From: a virus
Lineage: Duplodnaviria; Caudoviricetes
Virus record (IMG/VR): IMGVR_UViG_3300046795_000023
Location: 1-36,442 of that record
Length of the DNA stretch: 36,442 nucleotides
Direction: 5' to 3' (one strand)
Positions within the stretch are counted from its first letter, which is position 1. Every line of letters starts with the position of its first letter. Below, in pieces: positions 32,625 to 36,442 of this stretch. The position numbers were made by a program, and so were the translations under genes. The notes under the pieces were generated by a model that did no database searches, was not told the DNA's origin, and saw only the letters and a program-made list of their open reading frames with translations.

Positions 32625-34084
32625 TGGCCCGGTGGCCGGGGTTCGTGGGCGGCGCGGACGTGGCCGCGACGCTGATCGGCAGCGGCGCCGACACCGTGAA
32701 CTGGTATGTCGAGCGCTTGCCGGCGGGCGGCGCGAATGCGGGCGCGCTCCTGCCGACGCCGGGGCGCGCGCCGTGGGGGCCGGCGGTGGATCCGGGCGTG
32801 GGCGGGACGCGCGCGCTCCTGTTCGTGTGGCCGGCGCGCCTCTTTGCGGTGATCGGCCCGACGCTGTGGGAGTTCCCCCTCGATCAGCGCGCCGCCACGG
32901 CGCGCGGCGCGGTCGGGGACGACGGGCGTCCGGCGCAGATGGTGCAGAACGGCGTATTGGGCGGCCAGCTGGGGATCGTGAGCGCGGGGCAGGTCTACGC
33001 GTTCACCCTGGCGACCAATACGCTGACGGGGCCGCTCTTGACGGGCGGCTATACGCATCTGGCGTATGCGATGAACACGGGCCTGGCGCTCAACCCGGCG
33101 ACGGGGAAAGTCAATCTCTCGGCGCTCAACGACCTGACGACGTGGAGCGCGGGGCAGTTTTTCCAGCGGTCGCTGTTTGCCGATCCGTGGCTGTGTCTGT
33201 TCGTCGATCAAAACAACCTCGTGTGGCTGATCGGGGTGGCGTCCTTCGAGGTCTGGTACCACACCGGGCAGGGCACGCAGCCGTTTGCGCCGCTCTCCGG
33301 CCTGAACGGGATGGTCGGGATTGTCGGCCCGTGGGCGTTCTCGGTCGCGCAAGTGGGCAACACCTGGCTCGCGCGCAATGCGCACGGGGAGGGGCTCGTC
33401 ATGGCGACGCACGGCGGGCCGCCCACGGTGGTGAGTTCGGCGGCGCTGACCGCGGCCGTGTCCGGCTACAACACGGATCCGGCGCGGGGCCTTCTCGACA
33501 CCGAGCTGTTCACGCATCAGTGGGAGAACCACGTCTTTACCGCCGTGACCTTTCCCGGGGCCGCGACGTGGGTCTATGACCATCTCGAGCAGGCCTGGGC
33601 GCGGCGCGGCGCGTGGTCGCCGGCGACGGGCAGTTATGGGGTCTGGGGGCCGCGGGTGCAGACGACCGTGTACGGCCATCACCTCACGGGGGACCGGACG
33701 ACCGGGCAGCTGGCGGATTTGAGTGCGGCGGCCCTCACCGAACTGGACGGCGCCCCGATCCGCCGCCTGCGGCGCGCGCCCGCGCTCGTCAATGAGAAGA
33801 AGCGCGCGCCGATCGATCAGCTCGAGATCCTCATGGATGTCGGCCTCGGGGTCCAAGCCGGCCCCGGCGCGCCGCCGACGCTCCTGCTCCGGGTCTCGGA
33901 CGATGGCGGGCGCACCTGGTCGAATGAACTGCGCGCCTCGACGGGGTCGGCGGGGGCGTGGCGGACGCGGGTCTACTGGACGCGGCTCGGGCTCGTGAAC
34001 GACGCGGTGATCGAGGTGACGTACAGCGATCCGGTGCCCTGCCGGCTGGTCGATGCCTATGTCAACAACCTTGAGGCCGCGTAA
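32624..34084 (+). CDS. Tail hub / packaged-DNA stabilisation protein (P22 gp10-like)
   Basis: L.PTPG N-terminus, S.EVWY.TG, TWVYD....W, LRVSDDGGRTWSNE....G..G....RV.W.RLG; start at ATG 32624. Confidence 0.88.
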   Translation: MARWPGFVGGADVAATLIGSGADTVNWYVERLPAGGANAGALLPTPGRAPWGPAVDPGVGGTRALLFVWPARLFAVIGPTLWEFPLDQRAATARGAVGDDGRPAQMVQNGVLGGQLGIVSAGQVYAFTLATNTLTGPLLTGGYTHLAYAMNTGLALNPATGKVNLSALNDLTTWSAGQFFQRSLFADPWLCLFVDQNNLVWLIGVASFEVWYHTGQGTQPFAPLSGLNGMVGIVGPWAFSVAQVGNTWLARNAHGEGLVMATHGGPPTVVSSAALTAAVSGYNTDPARGLLDTELFTHQWENHVFTAVTFPGAATWVYDHLEQAWARRGAWSPATGSYGVWGPRVQTTVYGHHLTGDRTTGQLADLSAAALTELDGAPIRRLRRAPALVNEKKRAPIDQLEILMDVGLGVQAGPGAPPTLLLRVSDDGGRTWSNELRASTGSAGAWRTRVYWTRLGLVNDAVIEVTYSDPVPCRLVDAYVNNLEAA

Positions 34085-34554
34085 TGCCGCGCGCGCTCGG
34101 CCCGATTCCCCTCGGGACGCCGATCACGGACCGGGACGGCACGATCACGGTGTTCTTCCGGCAGCGCTGGCAGGACCTCGGCGCCGGCTGGAGCGAGACG
34201 CCGACCGTGCAGCACGTCGGCCTCGGGGCGCAGACGGGCGCGATCCCGGCCACGGCGGTGTGGACCGCGGGGGCGGTCGGCATCTATCGCGTCTCGTGGT
34301 ATGTGCGCAAGACGCGCGCGGACGGCGTGAGTTCCTCGGTGGCGGTGACGCTGGGGTTTTTGGATGTCGACGGGACCGCGCTCAACTACGCGGACGCGCC
34401 GCTGACGCTCGACACCGTGGGCGCCTGGCGCGGGGCGACGGTGCCGATCCGGTGTCGTGCGCCGTCGGACATCACGGTGGCGGTCGCCTACGCGAGCGCG
34501 ACGCCGGGCCAAATGCGCTATGACCTCGACGTGAAGGTGGAGTTTCTGCCGTGA
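34084..34554 (+). CDS. Tail accessory protein (gp26/needle position)
   Basis: P..TPI.D.DG.IT..F..W N-terminus plus a beta-rich domain; TAATG coupling. Confidence 0.6.
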   Translation: MPRALGPIPLGTPITDRDGTITVFFRQRWQDLGAGWSETPTVQHVGLGAQTGAIPATAVWTAGAVGIYRVSWYVRKTRADGVSSSVAVTLGFLDVDGTALNYADAPLTLDTVGAWRGATVPIRCRAPSDITVAVAYASATPGQMRYDLDVKVEFLP

Positions 34555-34568
34555 GGAGGAGCTGCTAG

Positions 34569-35990
34569 ATGGCCACGACTACTGACCCGTGGGGGCAGAC
34601 GCCGCTGACGGCCGAGGGGCTCGCCCGTCTCGGCCATCCCCTAAGCCTCAGCGACTTTAATCAGGACGCCACCGGCTACTGGCGCGTGATTCGCGGGCAG
34701 AAAACGTACTACCCCCGCGAGTGGTTCGATGCGAGCGGGACCTTCACGGGGACCGGCACGCAACCGGGCGACCGCGCCGGGCAGGACCCGGGGTTTTTCC
34801 ATCGGGGGACGCACTGGAACGCGACCACGGGCGCGTGGGAGAACCCGACGAATTGGGCGAATGTGATCGGCCTGGCGGCGGCGGGCGGCGTCGGCGCGGG
34901 GATCGCGGCGCCCGTGATCGCCGGGGCGCTCGGCGGCGGCGGCGCGACGCTGGCGGGCACCGAAGGCGCGGTGACGACGGGCCTGACGGCGGGGGCGCTG
35001 CCGGGGGCGATTGGGCCGAGCGTGGCGGCGGGGGGCGCGTCCACCGCGACCAAGATCCTGCAGGGCGTCGGCGGCAAGGGGCCGTACGACTGGCTCGGCC
35101 CGGTGGTCAGTGCGGGTCTGAACCTCTACGGGCAGCAGCAGCAGATCGGGGCGACCGCGGAGGCCGCGCAGACGCAACTGGAGGCCACCAAATACGCGGC
35201 CGACGCGCAAGCGAAGGCGGCGGCCGAGTCGCTCGCGTTCCAGCGGCAGCAGGCCGCCTACGACGCGCTGGTCGCCGAGAGTACGCGCCGGGCCAACTAC
35301 GACCAGTGGGGCGCGAAACAGGCGCAACTCGGGAGCGTCGGGCAGGCGCTCGGCCTGCCGGCGCGCGCGATTCCGGCCTACGTGCCGCTGCCGCCCTCGG
35401 GCCTCGGGGCGCCCGGGCCGGGGACGGCGGCGCCGCCGACGAGTGCCCCGCAGGCCGCCGCCACGGCGTTCGTACCGGGGGCGGTGGCGAACAACCCGAC
35501 CGCGGCCCAGGTGCCGCAGACGCCGGGGCCGGGGATGGCGCCGCCCTCCGGCGCGGACGCCGCGTGGTGGAACGCGCAGGATCCGCGCGGCTCCGTCGCC
35601 GCGCTCTTTGGCGGCGCGGCGCCGACCTCGCAGGCGATTCTCGACCGGCGGGCGCAGATTGAAGCGGCCGGCGGCCAGGTCTCGCCCGCGAACGCCGAGG
35701 GCGTGATCTCGAAGATCTACCTGCCCGGGGTCGGCTGGACGCGCGTGCTGGACGGCGGCGTGGCCGGGGGGCCGGGCGGCGGCCGGGGGACTGGCTGGAC
35801 GTATGTCCCGCAAGGCGCGGCGGCGAGCGCCGCGGCGGCGCCGTCGGCCGCGGCGTCTCGCTATCAGCCCGTGGACCCGCTCGGCAGCGTCCAGCAGTAT
35901 TTCCTCGACCCGGCGCAGGCCCGGGGGCAACTCCAGATCCCGACGGGCCAACTCGGCGCGGTCAATAGCTACCTGTACGGGGGGCGGTGA
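34569..35990 (+). CDS. Putative ejection/internal virion protein
   Basis: Gly/Ala hydrophobic stretch and AAQTQ..A...AA..QA.AA.ESLAFQRQQ, resembling gp7 N-terminal regions; GAGGAGG RBS. Confidence 0.65.
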   Translation: MATTTDPWGQTPLTAEGLARLGHPLSLSDFNQDATGYWRVIRGQKTYYPREWFDASGTFTGTGTQPGDRAGQDPGFFHRGTHWNATTGAWENPTNWANVIGLAAAGGVGAGIAAPVIAGALGGGGATLAGTEGAVTTGLTAGALPGAIGPSVAAGGASTATKILQGVGGKGPYDWLGPVVSAGLNLYGQQQQIGATAEAAQTQLEATKYAADAQAKAAAESLAFQRQQAAYDALVAESTRRANYDQWGAKQAQLGSVGQALGLPARAIPAYVPLPPSGLGAPGPGTAAPPTSAPQAAATAFVPGAVANNPTAAQVPQTPGPGMAPPSGADAAWWNAQDPRGSVAALFGGAAPTSQAILDRRAQIEAAGGQVSPANAEGVISKIYLPGVGWTRVLDGGVAGGPGGGRGTGWTYVPQGAAASAAAAPSAAASRYQPVDPLGSVQQYFLDPAQARGQLQIPTGQLGAVNSYLYGGR

Positions 35991-36442
35991 TGGGGTACGA
36001 CGACATCAATCGGCTCTACCAGCAGTACCTCGGGCGCGCCGCCTCTGAGGACGAGGCCAATAACTGGATCAGCGGCGCGTATGGCGCCAGTGACCCCGCC
36101 GGCATCGAAGCGCAGATCGCGAGCAGCGGCGAAGCGCAAGCGCGCCGGGGTGGTTCCGGCGGCGGCGGCGGCGCCCAAAGTGGGGGCGGCGTCCGCAGCG
36201 ACACGATCGCGGGCTGGTATCAGCGCTACCTCGGGCGGGCGGCGACCCCCGACGAGATCGCGAATTGGCAATCGGGCGCCTACGGCGCGACGGACGCCGC
36301 CGGCATCGAGCGGCAGATTGCCGAGAGCGGCGAGGCGCAGACGTATCACCCCGGCGGCTGGGGCAGCGGGCAGGGCCTGGGCGAAGCGGGCGAGATCAGC
36401 CCTTGGCCGAGCGGGGGCGGGGGCGGGGCGGTGGGCGGCGGG
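35990..36442 (+). CDS. N-terminal part of ejection protein with two DUF4214-like repeats (3' truncated, probably joins 1-846)
   Basis: Hand translation: MGYDDINRLYQQYLGRAASEDEANNW..GAYGA.D.AGIEAQIASSGEAQ-(Gly linker)-IAGWYQRYLGRAATPDEIANW..GAYGA.DAAGIERQIAESGEAQ...GGGGG. Confidence 0.7.
   Translation, partial: MGYDDINRLYQQYLGRAASEDEANNWISGAYGASDPAGIEAQIASSGEAQARRGGSGGGGGAQSGGGVRSDTIAGWYQRYLGRAATPDEIANWQSGAYGATDAAGIERQIAESGEAQTYHPGGWGSGQGLGEAGEISPWPSGGGGGAVGGG

Overview
This window is an apparently near-complete, high-GC temperate podovirus-like phage genome (~36.4 kb) with P22-like virion gene order: terS, terL, portal, scaffold, coat, gp4-like, gp10-like, ejection proteins, tail spike/RBP. 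The contig opens inside a Gly-rich linker of one ejection gene: 35990-36442 appears to continue into 1-846, and the leading poly-G is probably an artefact. An intact attP (3' half of tRNA-Glu(TTC) with arm-type repeats on both sides) indicates the excised or virion form. Highlights: (i) a divergent promoter/operator switch whose leaderless repressor-slot gene is a 63-aa basic non-HTH protein; (ii) a nested two-frame (M.EcoHK31I-type) C5 methyltransferase locus re-partitioned by one frameshift; (iii) three more candidate DNA-modification enzymes (TGT/DpdA-like, Mom-like GNAT, PAPS-reductase-like); (iv) a 15-aa motif shared by two otherwise dissimilar putative internal virion proteins; (v) an unannotated antisense 2-TM gene at the P22 sieA position; (vi) no recognisable endolysin. 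All family calls come from motif recognition by eye, not database searches.
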